This document shows positions 1-8,212 of a stretch of DNA of 21,722 nucleotides, one piece after another (within the stretch, counting starts at the first letter, position 1; every line of letters starts with the position of its first letter). Made by a program: the position numbers and the translations under genes. The stretch spans positions 1 to 21,722 of the forward strand of contig JBDRUX010000035.1 in the NCBI GenBank assembly GCA_039801565.1, in the 5' to 3' direction. The DNA comes from a candidate division WOR-3 bacterium. GTDB taxonomy: Bacteria > Hydrothermota > Tepidihabitantia > Tepidihabitantales > JAOUPE01. Below the pieces are notes generated by a model. It searched no databases, was not told the origin of the DNA, and saw only the letters and a program-made list of their open reading frames with translations.

Positions 1-94
1 CCCCCTCCCTAAAGGAAAATCAGCGTAACTGACGGATGACCAACACGATAGATGAAAAAATCGGTCATTTTTAGGTTGAAATATATTTCAACTT
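1..94 (+). repeat. Left copy of a 94-bp inverted repeat (partner 21533..21626), probably truncated by the window start
   Basis: Manual ungapped alignment to the reverse complement of 21533..21626 gives 81/94 identities, and 54..94 is identical. Contains the palindrome GTTGAAATATATTTCAAC. Confidence 0.95.
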
Positions 95-103
95 CGTTAT
101 AAT
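75..103 (+). promoter_or_regulatory. Sigma-70-type promoter of the XRE gene, overlapped by a perfect 18-bp palindrome (candidate operator)
   Basis: TTGAAA (76-81) - 16 nt - TATAAT (98-103) - 7 nt - ATG (111). Palindrome GTTGAAATATATTTCAAC at 75-92. Confidence 0.7.
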
Positions 104-110
104 ATTTTTA

Positions 111-401
111 ATGTCGAAAAAGTCCTTCATTTTTACTAAAGAAATGGCAGAGAAGCTTAAAGCATTACGAAGAAAAGCCAATTTAAAACAACGGGAAGTT
201 GCTGATCTGTCAGGATTAAAATCAAAATACGGACAAAGTTTTATAGCCCGTTTAGAAAACGGACTCATCCGAAATCCAAGTTTACGAACAGTTCTTGACT
301 ATCTTCGAATCTGCGGTGCATCTTGGGTGGAATTTTTTCGCAAACCGGATGCACTTGATTTTAAGCAAAGACACGAAAATTGGACTGCCGTGAAAATATG
401 A
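111..401 (+). CDS. XRE/Cro-C1-family helix-turn-helix transcriptional regulator (possibly C-terminally truncated)
   Basis: LKALRRKANLKQREVADLSG...QSFIARLENG..RNPSLRTVLDYL is a typical XRE HTH pattern. Confidence 0.85.
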   Translation: MSKKSFIFTKEMAEKLKALRRKANLKQREVADLSGLKSKYGQSFIARLENGLIRNPSLRTVLDYLRICGASWVEFFRKPDALDFKQRHENWTAVKI

Positions 402-710
402 AATATATCTATTTCACGACCAAAAACTTTTCAGGGTGGCTGTCAACTTGCAAGATGTAAATACCTGGATTGATTTCCTTCAAGAATATTTTTATTTCAT
501 TGTCATTGCGACTGGATTCGGGGAAGGTAATCTTTCTTCTTTCTTACTTATTATTTTTTATTTTTCCAGATACATCAAATATTTTTATCTCTTTCGCAGT
601 TAACGGTACACGAATACGAATCACGGACTTTGCCGGATAGCGTGTGCTTTAAAAATTGAGCAAAATTGAGGAGATTGTTTCGCTCATCACTCATATAGAT
701 TACGAAGTGA

Positions 711-738
711 TTGACTTTGAATAAAACATTGGGATAAT
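711..738 (+). promoter_or_regulatory. Putative sigma-70-type promoter of hutH
   Basis: TTGACT (711-716) - 16 nt - GATAAT (733-738), with an extended -10 TG at 730-731. ATG is 8 nt downstream and there is no SD. Confidence 0.5.
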
Positions 739-746
739 TAGCCAAA

Positions 747-2240
747 ATGACTGAAAGTATATTAGAAAAAAAGGCGAAAATATTAATTCCTACCCATCTC
801 ACAATTGAAGATGTTATCGCGGTGAGTGATAATTGGACCAAAGTGGCTATCTCAAAAATCGGTGAAGAGAGAATTATCTCTGCTCGCAAGCGATTGACAG
901 AATTTTTGAACACCGGCAAAGTGATTTATGGGGTGAATACCGGATTTGGTGCCTTAGTTGATAAATCAATCTCAAAAGAAGCGTATAATAAACTTCAAAT
1001 GAATTTGATTCGAAGTCACGCCTTAGGAGCCGGTTCATTTTTACCCAAAGAAGTCGTTCGCGCCGCAATGTTTTTAAGAGCTAATATGCTTGCTAAAGGC
1101 TATTCGGGTGTCCGATTGGAATTGGTTCAGTTGCTGGTAGAAATGTTAAATCGGAATGTTGTGCCAGTAGTATATGAGAAAGGTTCGGTCGGGGCATCGG
1201 GTGATTTGGCACCGCTGGCTTTTGTCGCTTTGGTTTTAATTGGTAGGGGAAAGGCTTTTTACCAAGACCGAATCGTTAATGGCAAATCCGCCCTACAAAA
1301 AGCCGGACTTTCACCTTTAACCCTACAAGCAAAAGAAGGATTATCCTTAATCAATGGTACCGAGATGATGGCAGGATTGGGAGTATTTAATCTAAAAGAA
1401 GCCAGCTTTCTTGCCGATTTGGCTGATATCGCTGGTGCTTTGAGTTTTGTGGCTTTAGGTGGTAACTTGCAAGCATTAGATAAAAGATTAGCTCAGCTCA
1501 AACCTTACCCTGGCCAAAAAATAACCACCCAAAACTTAAACCGATTGCTTAAATCAATTAACAATAGTTCTTCGGTTATCCAGAATGCCTATAGTTTAAG
1601 ATGCCTGCCCCAAGTCCATGGTGCCGTACGCGAGACACAAAGATTTGTCCGCTCCATCGTTGAAACCGAGATAAACTCAGTCACTGACAACCCAATCATT
1701 TTGGATAATGGAATCATCGCTGGTGGCAATTTTCACGGTGCAACGATTGCAATAGCAATGGATAACTTAGCCATCACAAGTTGCATCTTAGGTGGCATCG
1801 CGGAAAGACGAATTGCCCGCTTAATGGACCCAAAACTCTCAAACTTAGCACCATTTCTAACACCAAAGCCCGGCATAAACTCTGGCCTAATGATGACACA
1901 AATTTTAGCCACTACCCTTCAGACTGAGAATAAGATTTTATCTACCCCTGCCTCAATTCACTCCCTACCAACCTCAGCTAATCAAGAGGATTTTGTCAGT
2001 ATGGGAATGGATAGCGCTCTGAAAGCAAGAAAAGTGATAGAGAATACTAAAACCATTTTAGCCTTAGAACTGATTTGCGCCTGCCAGGCAATTGAACTGG
2101 CAAAGGTTAGACTTAATAAAAATTTGAACCGCTATTTTGAATTTATTAGAAGAGTTGTGCCATTCCAAAAGAATGACCAAGAATTGACTCAGCCTCTTAA
2201 AAGACTTTTACAAAATATCGAAGCGATCTTAAAAGTTTAA
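747..2240 (+). CDS. hutH: Histidine ammonia-lyase (MIO-dependent aromatic amino acid lyase family)
   Basis: YGVNTGFG loop, LIRSHA (HAL-type Ser-His specificity pair), GSVGASGDLAPL with the MIO-forming ASG (1194-1202), YSLRC.PQVHG, GGNFHG and NQED.VSMG. Confidence 0.9.
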   Translation: MTESILEKKAKILIPTHLTIEDVIAVSDNWTKVAISKIGEERIISARKRLTEFLNTGKVIYGVNTGFGALVDKSISKEAYNKLQMNLIRSHALGAGSFLPKEVVRAAMFLRANMLAKGYSGVRLELVQLLVEMLNRNVVPVVYEKGSVGASGDLAPLAFVALVLIGRGKAFYQDRIVNGKSALQKAGLSPLTLQAKEGLSLINGTEMMAGLGVFNLKEASFLADLADIAGALSFVALGGNLQALDKRLAQLKPYPGQKITTQNLNRLLKSINNSSSVIQNAYSLRCLPQVHGAVRETQRFVRSIVETEINSVTDNPIILDNGIIAGGNFHGATIAIAMDNLAITSCILGGIAERRIARLMDPKLSNLAPFLTPKPGINSGLMMTQILATTLQTENKILSTPASIHSLPTSANQEDFVSMGMDSALKARKVIENTKTILALELICACQAIELAKVRLNKNLNRYFEFIRRVVPFQKNDQELTQPLKRLLQNIEAILKV

Positions 2241-2244
2241 TCCC

Positions 2245-2290
2245 AATTCGACGAAGTCGAATTCTTAAGGAATTTTCTTTTTTATTTATT
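2245..2290 (+). terminator. Putative intrinsic terminator downstream of hutH
   Basis: Hairpin AATTCGAC-GAA-GTCGAATT (2245-2263) just after the stop codon, followed about 10 nt later by a T-rich tract. Confidence 0.45.
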
Positions 2291-2428
2291 AATCGGCTTT
2301 GTCGATTAACCGCAAATCCTTTAATACCGGCTACCATCGGTAAGGTTCGGTAAAGCAAAAACTTAAAATATTCAAATTCAAGTGACTCAAACGTTAGGTA
2401 GTAATAATAATGTCAAAAGGTGGGCTGG

Positions 2429-2461
2429 TTCAAATAATTGAAGTATTTGTCGCATTGATGC
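2429..2461. promoter_or_regulatory. Candidate tandem upstream activator sites for a sigma-54 enhancer-binding protein
   Basis: Palindromes TTCAA-ataa-TTGAA (2429-2442) and GCAT-tg-ATGC (2452-2461). Centres are 21 bp apart, about 190-210 bp upstream of the predicted start site. Confidence 0.35.
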
Positions 2462-2472
2462 AGTATCAAAGA

Positions 2473-2485
2473 AATCAATGAGTTA
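2473..2485 (+). promoter_or_regulatory. IHF-binding consensus site
   Basis: AATCAA-TGAG-TTA matches WATCAANNNNTTR exactly and lies between the candidate UAS and the sigma-54 promoter. Confidence 0.55.
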
Positions 2486-2616
2486 GCAAATTGAATTAAT
2501 TAAATCTTTAAAACTTTTATTTTCGTCGCAGATAATCAATTGGATTGGGAATTAGTCTTGTGTTTGTAATCATATTGTAATTCATAGGCTTACAGGTCGA
2601 GCCAATTTTTTAGTTT

Positions 2617-2633
2617 CTGGCATAATCTTTGCT
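2617..2633 (+). promoter_or_regulatory. Sigma-54 (RpoN) -24/-12 promoter of the envelope operon
   Basis: CTGGCAT-AATCT-TTGCT matches YTGGCAY-N5-TTGCW with exact GG-N10-GC spacing, about 110 bp upstream of ATG 2742. Confidence 0.75.
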
Positions 2634-2741
2634 TTGCAATAAACAACTGGATGGGGTGCGTTCTTGGTTATTAAAGAGCAGGACAGATTAGGGGAGTTCG
2701 GGTTTAAATGTTTTGGGTTACAAGCGTTTAAGGAGGTTTAA

Positions 2742-4370
2742 ATGACGATTTTCTTTGTGAGTATAATTTTTGCCCAACTTTCGAGCTTGGAGTTCAATTA
2801 TATCAATTCGCCGCAGGTGGCTGGCGATTCGTTTGAGATAACAATTGTTGCCAAGACCCCAACCGGTGATACGTTTCGTTATAATTTCCCCGGGCTTTTA
2901 AAAACAACTCGTGACGATTTTTGGAGTTATTGCGAGCCGCAGTTAGTAGATTTCTATCAGGGCGTTTGTCGGCGCAAGGTGCGGGTAACGATTGCCGATA
3001 CCCTTCGGTTAAAATGTGAGGCATCTGGTGTGATTGGTCTTTCTAATCAGTTTGTTCTTCACCCAAATTTTCCTGACCGATTACTTATCCTCTGTCCTGG
3101 TGAGTCAATTGCTCCGGGCTCGCCCGAAGGTAAATTTTCGCAACCGGAAAGTCAAATCGCTGGCAGACCGTTTGAAGTAAAAGTTTATCTTGTTGACCGG
3201 TGGTTCAATCCAGTTTCTTTCCGACAGGACAGGGTTTATCTTCAGGCAACCGATTCTTTCGCCTTGCTTTCTTCGGGTAATTTAATAAATGGCAGGAGGG
3301 TCTTACCTGTCACCTTGCGTCGGGCTGGAACCCAGCGAATTATTGCCTATGCTGACAGTTCGACAATTCGTCCTGACACCAGTGTCAGTTTTGATGTCTT
3401 CCCCGGTAGTTTTGCCCAATTGGTTTTACTGCTACCAGGAGAAGAACTGTTGCCTGGTGATACGACAACTTCGGTTTATCAAACCCCGGGAAAGACTGGC
3501 GTACCTTTGCGGCAATATGTGAAAGAACCGTTTTCGGTTCGGGTTTTAGCAACTGATGCCTGTTACAATCGAGTCTATAGTGGCTTGGATACCGTTGCCT
3601 TGGCTTCGGATTTTGCTATGCAGTGTGAGCCTGCCAGCGCGGTATTTTTTGATAGTGCCTGGTTTACGGTGACATTTGATTCCACCGGTGATAACCAAAA
3701 CTTATGGGTGACCGGGCGAAGCTTTCAATCTTATCGCTCGAAAGTTAATATCGAGGCAAAGACAAAACGGATTGCAACTATTAAACCGGATACGATTCGT
3801 GCCGGCTCAACCGTGACAATCACTGCTACCCTTTATGATGCTAATGATAAAGTGATTAAAGGTAAATATACCCATTTTGCTGTTATTAAAGGTAATGGTC
3901 GGTTACTGGATACAGTTGGATTGACTGATACCGCTGGAACAATTAAAGTTCAATTCGTTGGTTCAGGAGCCCACACGGCTGAGATGGATTCGATTGCAAT
4001 TATGGCTGATGACTTCACAGAGAAGATTGGGATATTTATTGAGGGTGATGAAACGGTCTTAGCCGGACGTATTTTAGCATTCCCCAATCCATTTGGTTAC
4101 AACCGACCCTTAACTGAAATTCAATACCTTTTGCCAACCAGTTGTGATGTGACCGTGGCAATTTATGACCCATTTGGCAATCCGGTATTGACCAAAAAAT
4201 ACCGACAAGGTGAAGAGGGAGCAAAGAGTGGTATCAACAAGATTACCTGGGATGGCAAGAATGGAAGAGGGGAAAAGGTTGCTAATGGTGTCTATGTCCT
4301 GCGGGTCTGGGGAATGGTTTATACGAATAAGGTTTATGATAAAGAACATCGAATTGCCGTAATTTGGTGA
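2742..4370 (+). CDS. Exported Ig-like repeat protein with a C-terminal FlgD-Ig / T9SS type-A-CTD-like domain
   Basis: SD AGGAGG at 2731-2736 and a short hydrophobic N-terminus. Internal repeats (LLILCPGESIAPG / LVLLLPGEELLPG) and a Big_1-like segment (TVTITATLYDAND..IKG...TDTAG). C-terminus AFPNPF...IQYLLP...VAIYD.FG...WDGKNGRGEKVANGVY...IAVIW. Confidence 0.75.
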   Translation: MTIFFVSIIFAQLSSLEFNYINSPQVAGDSFEITIVAKTPTGDTFRYNFPGLLKTTRDDFWSYCEPQLVDFYQGVCRRKVRVTIADTLRLKCEASGVIGLSNQFVLHPNFPDRLLILCPGESIAPGSPEGKFSQPESQIAGRPFEVKVYLVDRWFNPVSFRQDRVYLQATDSFALLSSGNLINGRRVLPVTLRRAGTQRIIAYADSSTIRPDTSVSFDVFPGSFAQLVLLLPGEELLPGDTTTSVYQTPGKTGVPLRQYVKEPFSVRVLATDACYNRVYSGLDTVALASDFAMQCEPASAVFFDSAWFTVTFDSTGDNQNLWVTGRSFQSYRSKVNIEAKTKRIATIKPDTIRAGSTVTITATLYDANDKVIKGKYTHFAVIKGNGRLLDTVGLTDTAGTIKVQFVGSGAHTAEMDSIAIMADDFTEKIGIFIEGDETVLAGRILAFPNPFGYNRPLTEIQYLLPTSCDVTVAIYDPFGNPVLTKKYRQGEEGAKSGINKITWDGKNGRGEKVANGVYVLRVWGMVYTNKVYDKEHRIAVIW

Positions 4371-4379
4371 GGAGGTAAA

Positions 4380-5666
4380 GTGAGAATCTGGATTATTTTA
4401 ATTGGTGCCGTAATTACCAGTCTGGGTGAGCCAATTGCCGATGGTGGGATTCCCGGTACTTTTCTCAATTACGGTGCTTCGCCACGAACTTTGGCTTTAG
4501 GCAAATCCTTTACCGGTTTAGCCGATGATGCCGAGGCGGTCTATTATAACCCAGCCGGTTTGGGTCAATTGACCAGCCAAGACCTGAAACTGACACATTC
4601 GAGTTTATATGGCGGCAGTCGGATGGAATATGTTGGCTATGCCCTACCCACAAAACAATTCGGAACATTTGGCATCACCCTTTTGAATCATAGTTCCAGT
4701 GCGATTGATGTGCGGGATGAAGAAAATGACCGCTACGAACCAGCCGCCTATGTTCAGAACTGTTATATCTTCTCTTATGCCTATTCTTTTTTGCGCTTTC
4801 TCGGATTGGGTGCCAACTTTAAAGTTGTTACCGAGAATTTTGCTCGATTTAACGATATTGGTTTAGGGGGAGATTTGGGATTAATTGTGCTTGGACCGAA
4901 ACCTTTCAATTTCGGTATAATGGCACAGAACCTCTGGCAACCGACTATTACTTTAGCTGAACAAGAAGAGCGTTATCCAATCACCATTCGTTTTGGCACA
5001 AGTGTCAAACTATTTGAAGACCGGGTCATCTTATTAGGTGATTTGGTGACAAATCAAGCGATTTGGCAATCCGACACCTTTAACAAACTTGATTATATCA
5101 AGCCACACTTCGGCATCGAATTTGAGTTAATCCCCCACATCTTAACCCATCGGATTGGTTATGATAAACAGGAACTGTCGGTGGGGTTGGGCGTCAGAAA
5201 AGAGTGGGGTAAGATTAGTTTAGGGGTAGACTACGCTTTACTCTTACACCACCAGTCAAACTTCCGATTACCGCTGTTACACAAATTGGGTCTGTTTTTA
5301 CAATTTGGTGGCTTTCGGACTTGGATTGATGCCACACCAAAAATCTTCTCACCAACCCCAGAGGATAAACGGAACGTGCTCTGGATGGATTTAAGAATTA
5401 TTGCCCGACGCAATATCAAAAGATGGCAGGTGACAATTAAGAATAACTTAGGGGAAGTGGTGCGAACATTTTCCGGTTGGGAAAATCCACCCTTAAGAAT
5501 GGCGTGGGATGGTTTGGATGATGCGGGGCGAATGGTTTCGGATGGCAAATATAATTACGAAATTGTGATTGTGGATGAACACGAAGAATCTTTAAAATTT
5601 TCTGGCCCCCTGACGACCATTAAAACCAAAGGACCAGAAGGTAAAATCGAAGTGGAACGAAAATGA
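4380..5666 (+). CDS. PorV/PorQ (FadL-like) outer-membrane beta-barrel fused to a C-terminal FlgD-Ig domain
   Basis: GTG start with SD GGAGG (4371-4375) and a signal peptide. Family N-terminal motif FLNYGASPRTLALG..FTGLADDAEAVYYNPAGL. Amphipathic strands end at HKLGLFLQFG, followed by PKIFSP...WQVTIKN..GEVVRTFSG...WDGLDDAGRMVSDGKY. Confidence 0.8.
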   Translation: MRIWIILIGAVITSLGEPIADGGIPGTFLNYGASPRTLALGKSFTGLADDAEAVYYNPAGLGQLTSQDLKLTHSSLYGGSRMEYVGYALPTKQFGTFGITLLNHSSSAIDVRDEENDRYEPAAYVQNCYIFSYAYSFLRFLGLGANFKVVTENFARFNDIGLGGDLGLIVLGPKPFNFGIMAQNLWQPTITLAEQEERYPITIRFGTSVKLFEDRVILLGDLVTNQAIWQSDTFNKLDYIKPHFGIEFELIPHILTHRIGYDKQELSVGLGVRKEWGKISLGVDYALLLHHQSNFRLPLLHKLGLFLQFGGFRTWIDATPKIFSPTPEDKRNVLWMDLRIIARRNIKRWQVTIKNNLGEVVRTFSGWENPPLRMAWDGLDDAGRMVSDGKYNYEIVIVDEHEESLKFSGPLTTIKTKGPEGKIEVERK

Positions 5667-8212
5667 GGATTCTCCTTGTTGTTTTTTGTCAGATTGCAGT
5701 GCTCTTGGCACTACCTAATAAAGATTTAATTGAACGGTATAACAAAGTAGAAAATGCTTTGGCGCAACAGGACTATCAAAAAGCAAGTAAGATTCTTTCG
5801 GACCTGGTTAAAGATTATCAAAAAAGTGATTTTGCCGATGAATTACGGTTTGGATTAGCCGAGTGTTATTTCAATTTAGGCAATTATGAGCAGGCGCGCA
5901 CCCAATTCTTAAAAATCCTTGAGCGGCCGAAATTTTCTTATATTGAGCCGGAAGCGATGTATGGGATGGCGGTTGCTTCGATTATGCTTGGTGACTTCCG
6001 CCGGGCTGAAGCGGCCTTAGAAAAATTAGCCAAGAACGAAAGTTATGCCAAAGATGAACGAACTAACTTTGCTCGGGGCGTTTTGGCTTATTTCAAACAA
6101 TCCTACAAAGAAGCGGTAGTGAAATTAGAAGGAAACACCAGCCCTTCAGCTAAATTCTATTTAGCCAAAAGTTATGCCAAATTGGGTAGAGTTCAAGAAG
6201 CGATTGCTACCTTTAAAGAAGTTACGAGTGCTTGCCCCAATACACCATTAAGCAAATTAGCCCATTTTTCGGCAGGCATAGCGCTATTTGAAAATAAAGA
6301 CTTTGCTGGCGCAAGAGCCAAATTCCAATTCTTCTTAGAAAACTATCCAAGCTCGGACCTTTTGACTGATTTTGCCCATTACTTTTTAGGTTGTGCGCTC
6401 ATCGCCCAAGGTCAGTATGCCCACGCTTTAGAACACTTAAGACCTCTGACTCGTCATCCGAATAACTTATTATCAGCTCACGCCAATTACTTTATTGGTT
6501 TTTGTAAGAACGAACTGGGTGAACCCCAAGAAGCGATTACTCATTTTCAGAAGGTGCGCGCCAATTATCCGAAAACCCGAATTGCCCAATACGCCAATCT
6601 CCAACTACCGAATTCAATTCTTATTGCTGGAGATACGATTCAAACTTTAATCGCTACCGCCCAACTCAGTCAGATGTTTGTCACTGGCGACCTACAAGGT
6701 GTCGGTGATTACTTCTCAGGAGTTGTTTGTTATAAAATGGGCGATTTTCGTCGAGCAGCGACCCATTTTGAAAATATCATCATGAAATACCCGCAGTGCC
6801 ATTTGGCCGAACCGGCTTGTGCCTTACTCCTTTTATCCTTAAATTCTTCCGGCAATTATGAACGGGCAATCACCTTAGGTGCAAAATATATTAAAGACTA
6901 TCCTAATTCGAATTCACCGTGGCGGGCTGAAGTTCTTTATTTCTTAGCCGAGGGTTACTACTATTTCAAAAAATACAGCGAAGCCGAATACCATTATTAT
7001 CAAGCAGCAACCGGGGAATGGGCACTGGGTGATAAAAAAGAACAAATTCGGATTATCCCGACTTCGGCACGCCCAGTGCCCTACTATGCCCGTCTCGGTC
7101 GCGCTTACTCCCTATATCATCTTGGTCGCCTAACCGAAGCCGAGTCCGAATTCAAAGAACTTTTATCCCTTTTAAGTGGCCAGGCAGGAAATCTCGCCTC
7201 GGATACAATCTTTGTTATCAATGTCCTTTTGGGTTACGGTTATTCTCTCTTCAATCAGAAAAAATACCTTGAGGCTTTAGATGTATTTGAAGCCTGCAGT
7301 AAACAATTCCCTGCCGATGGCCGAGCCGGGGTCCCGGGTCTTTACTATGCTGGTCTTTGTTATCATCGGCTTAGCTATTACGGTCAAGCCGTTGACGCTT
7401 GGGTAATGCTAATGAACCAATACCCGCTTTCGGAAAAGGCGGCGGAAGGTGCGTTTCGGGCTGGCGACCTTTATTTCAAAGCCCGGGAATACCAAAAAGC
7501 AATCCCAGCCTTTCGTTTTGTCACTGAGAAACATCCCAATAGTACCTTTGGTCCAAGTGCTCAAGCTCTAATTGCCCAATGCTTTTATAACCAAAAAAAG
7601 TTTCTCGAGGCAATTCGCGAATACCAAAAATTCTTAGACCTCTATCCATCTGACATCCAAGCCGCTGGGGTCAGAAAAAGTCTGGAGATGAGTTATTATC
7701 AAGCTGGTTTAGAAAACCCATTAGTGATGCAAGAATTTTTGAGTCGTTTCCCGGAATCAGAATTAGCCGCGGAAGCCCAATTTGACAAAGCCCGTAAACT
7801 CTTTGACGACAAACAATACGAACAATCCGCATTAGAATTTCAAAAGGTTGTTGTCAATTTTCCCAACTCCGAGCTAGCTGGTGATGCCCAACTGTTGACA
7901 GCGGAATCTTATGCCAATATTAAACACTGGGCAGAAGCGAAAAACGGTTATCAGAAATTTTTAGACTACTACCCTAAACACCCCCAGCGCGCCGGCGGTT
8001 ATTTCAATTTAGCTACCGCTTATTTCAACTTAGGCGATTACGAATCAGCACGGAGAAACTTCCAAGTCGTGGTTGACTCGTTCCCAAACTCCGAATTTGT
8101 CAAAAGTAGTAGAAAAAACATCGAAATCTGCCTGAAAAAAATCGGCGCCACGGGCGGAAATAACCCGTCGGCTCCTAAGGCAGAAGAAGCAAAGCAAGGA
8201 GGATCACAATGA
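5663..8212 (+). CDS. Large exported tetratricopeptide-repeat protein (BamD/CpoB-like TPR units)
   Basis: ATGA overlap with the upstream gene and a signal peptide. Many TPR units ending in motifs such as 'YQKFLDLYPS', 'FQKVVVNFPNS' and 'FLENYPSS'. Confidence 0.85.
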   Translation: MRILLVVFCQIAVLLALPNKDLIERYNKVENALAQQDYQKASKILSDLVKDYQKSDFADELRFGLAECYFNLGNYEQARTQFLKILERPKFSYIEPEAMYGMAVASIMLGDFRRAEAALEKLAKNESYAKDERTNFARGVLAYFKQSYKEAVVKLEGNTSPSAKFYLAKSYAKLGRVQEAIATFKEVTSACPNTPLSKLAHFSAGIALFENKDFAGARAKFQFFLENYPSSDLLTDFAHYFLGCALIAQGQYAHALEHLRPLTRHPNNLLSAHANYFIGFCKNELGEPQEAITHFQKVRANYPKTRIAQYANLQLPNSILIAGDTIQTLIATAQLSQMFVTGDLQGVGDYFSGVVCYKMGDFRRAATHFENIIMKYPQCHLAEPACALLLLSLNSSGNYERAITLGAKYIKDYPNSNSPWRAEVLYFLAEGYYYFKKYSEAEYHYYQAATGEWALGDKKEQIRIIPTSARPVPYYARLGRAYSLYHLGRLTEAESEFKELLSLLSGQAGNLASDTIFVINVLLGYGYSLFNQKKYLEALDVFEACSKQFPADGRAGVPGLYYAGLCYHRLSYYGQAVDAWVMLMNQYPLSEKAAEGAFRAGDLYFKAREYQKAIPAFRFVTEKHPNSTFGPSAQALIAQCFYNQKKFLEAIREYQKFLDLYPSDIQAAGVRKSLEMSYYQAGLENPLVMQEFLSRFPESELAAEAQFDKARKLFDDKQYEQSALEFQKVVVNFPNSELAGDAQLLTAESYANIKHWAEAKNGYQKFLDYYPKHPQRAGGYFNLATAYFNLGDYESARRNFQVVVDSFPNSEFVKSSRKNIEICLKKIGATGGNNPSAPKAEEAKQGGSQ

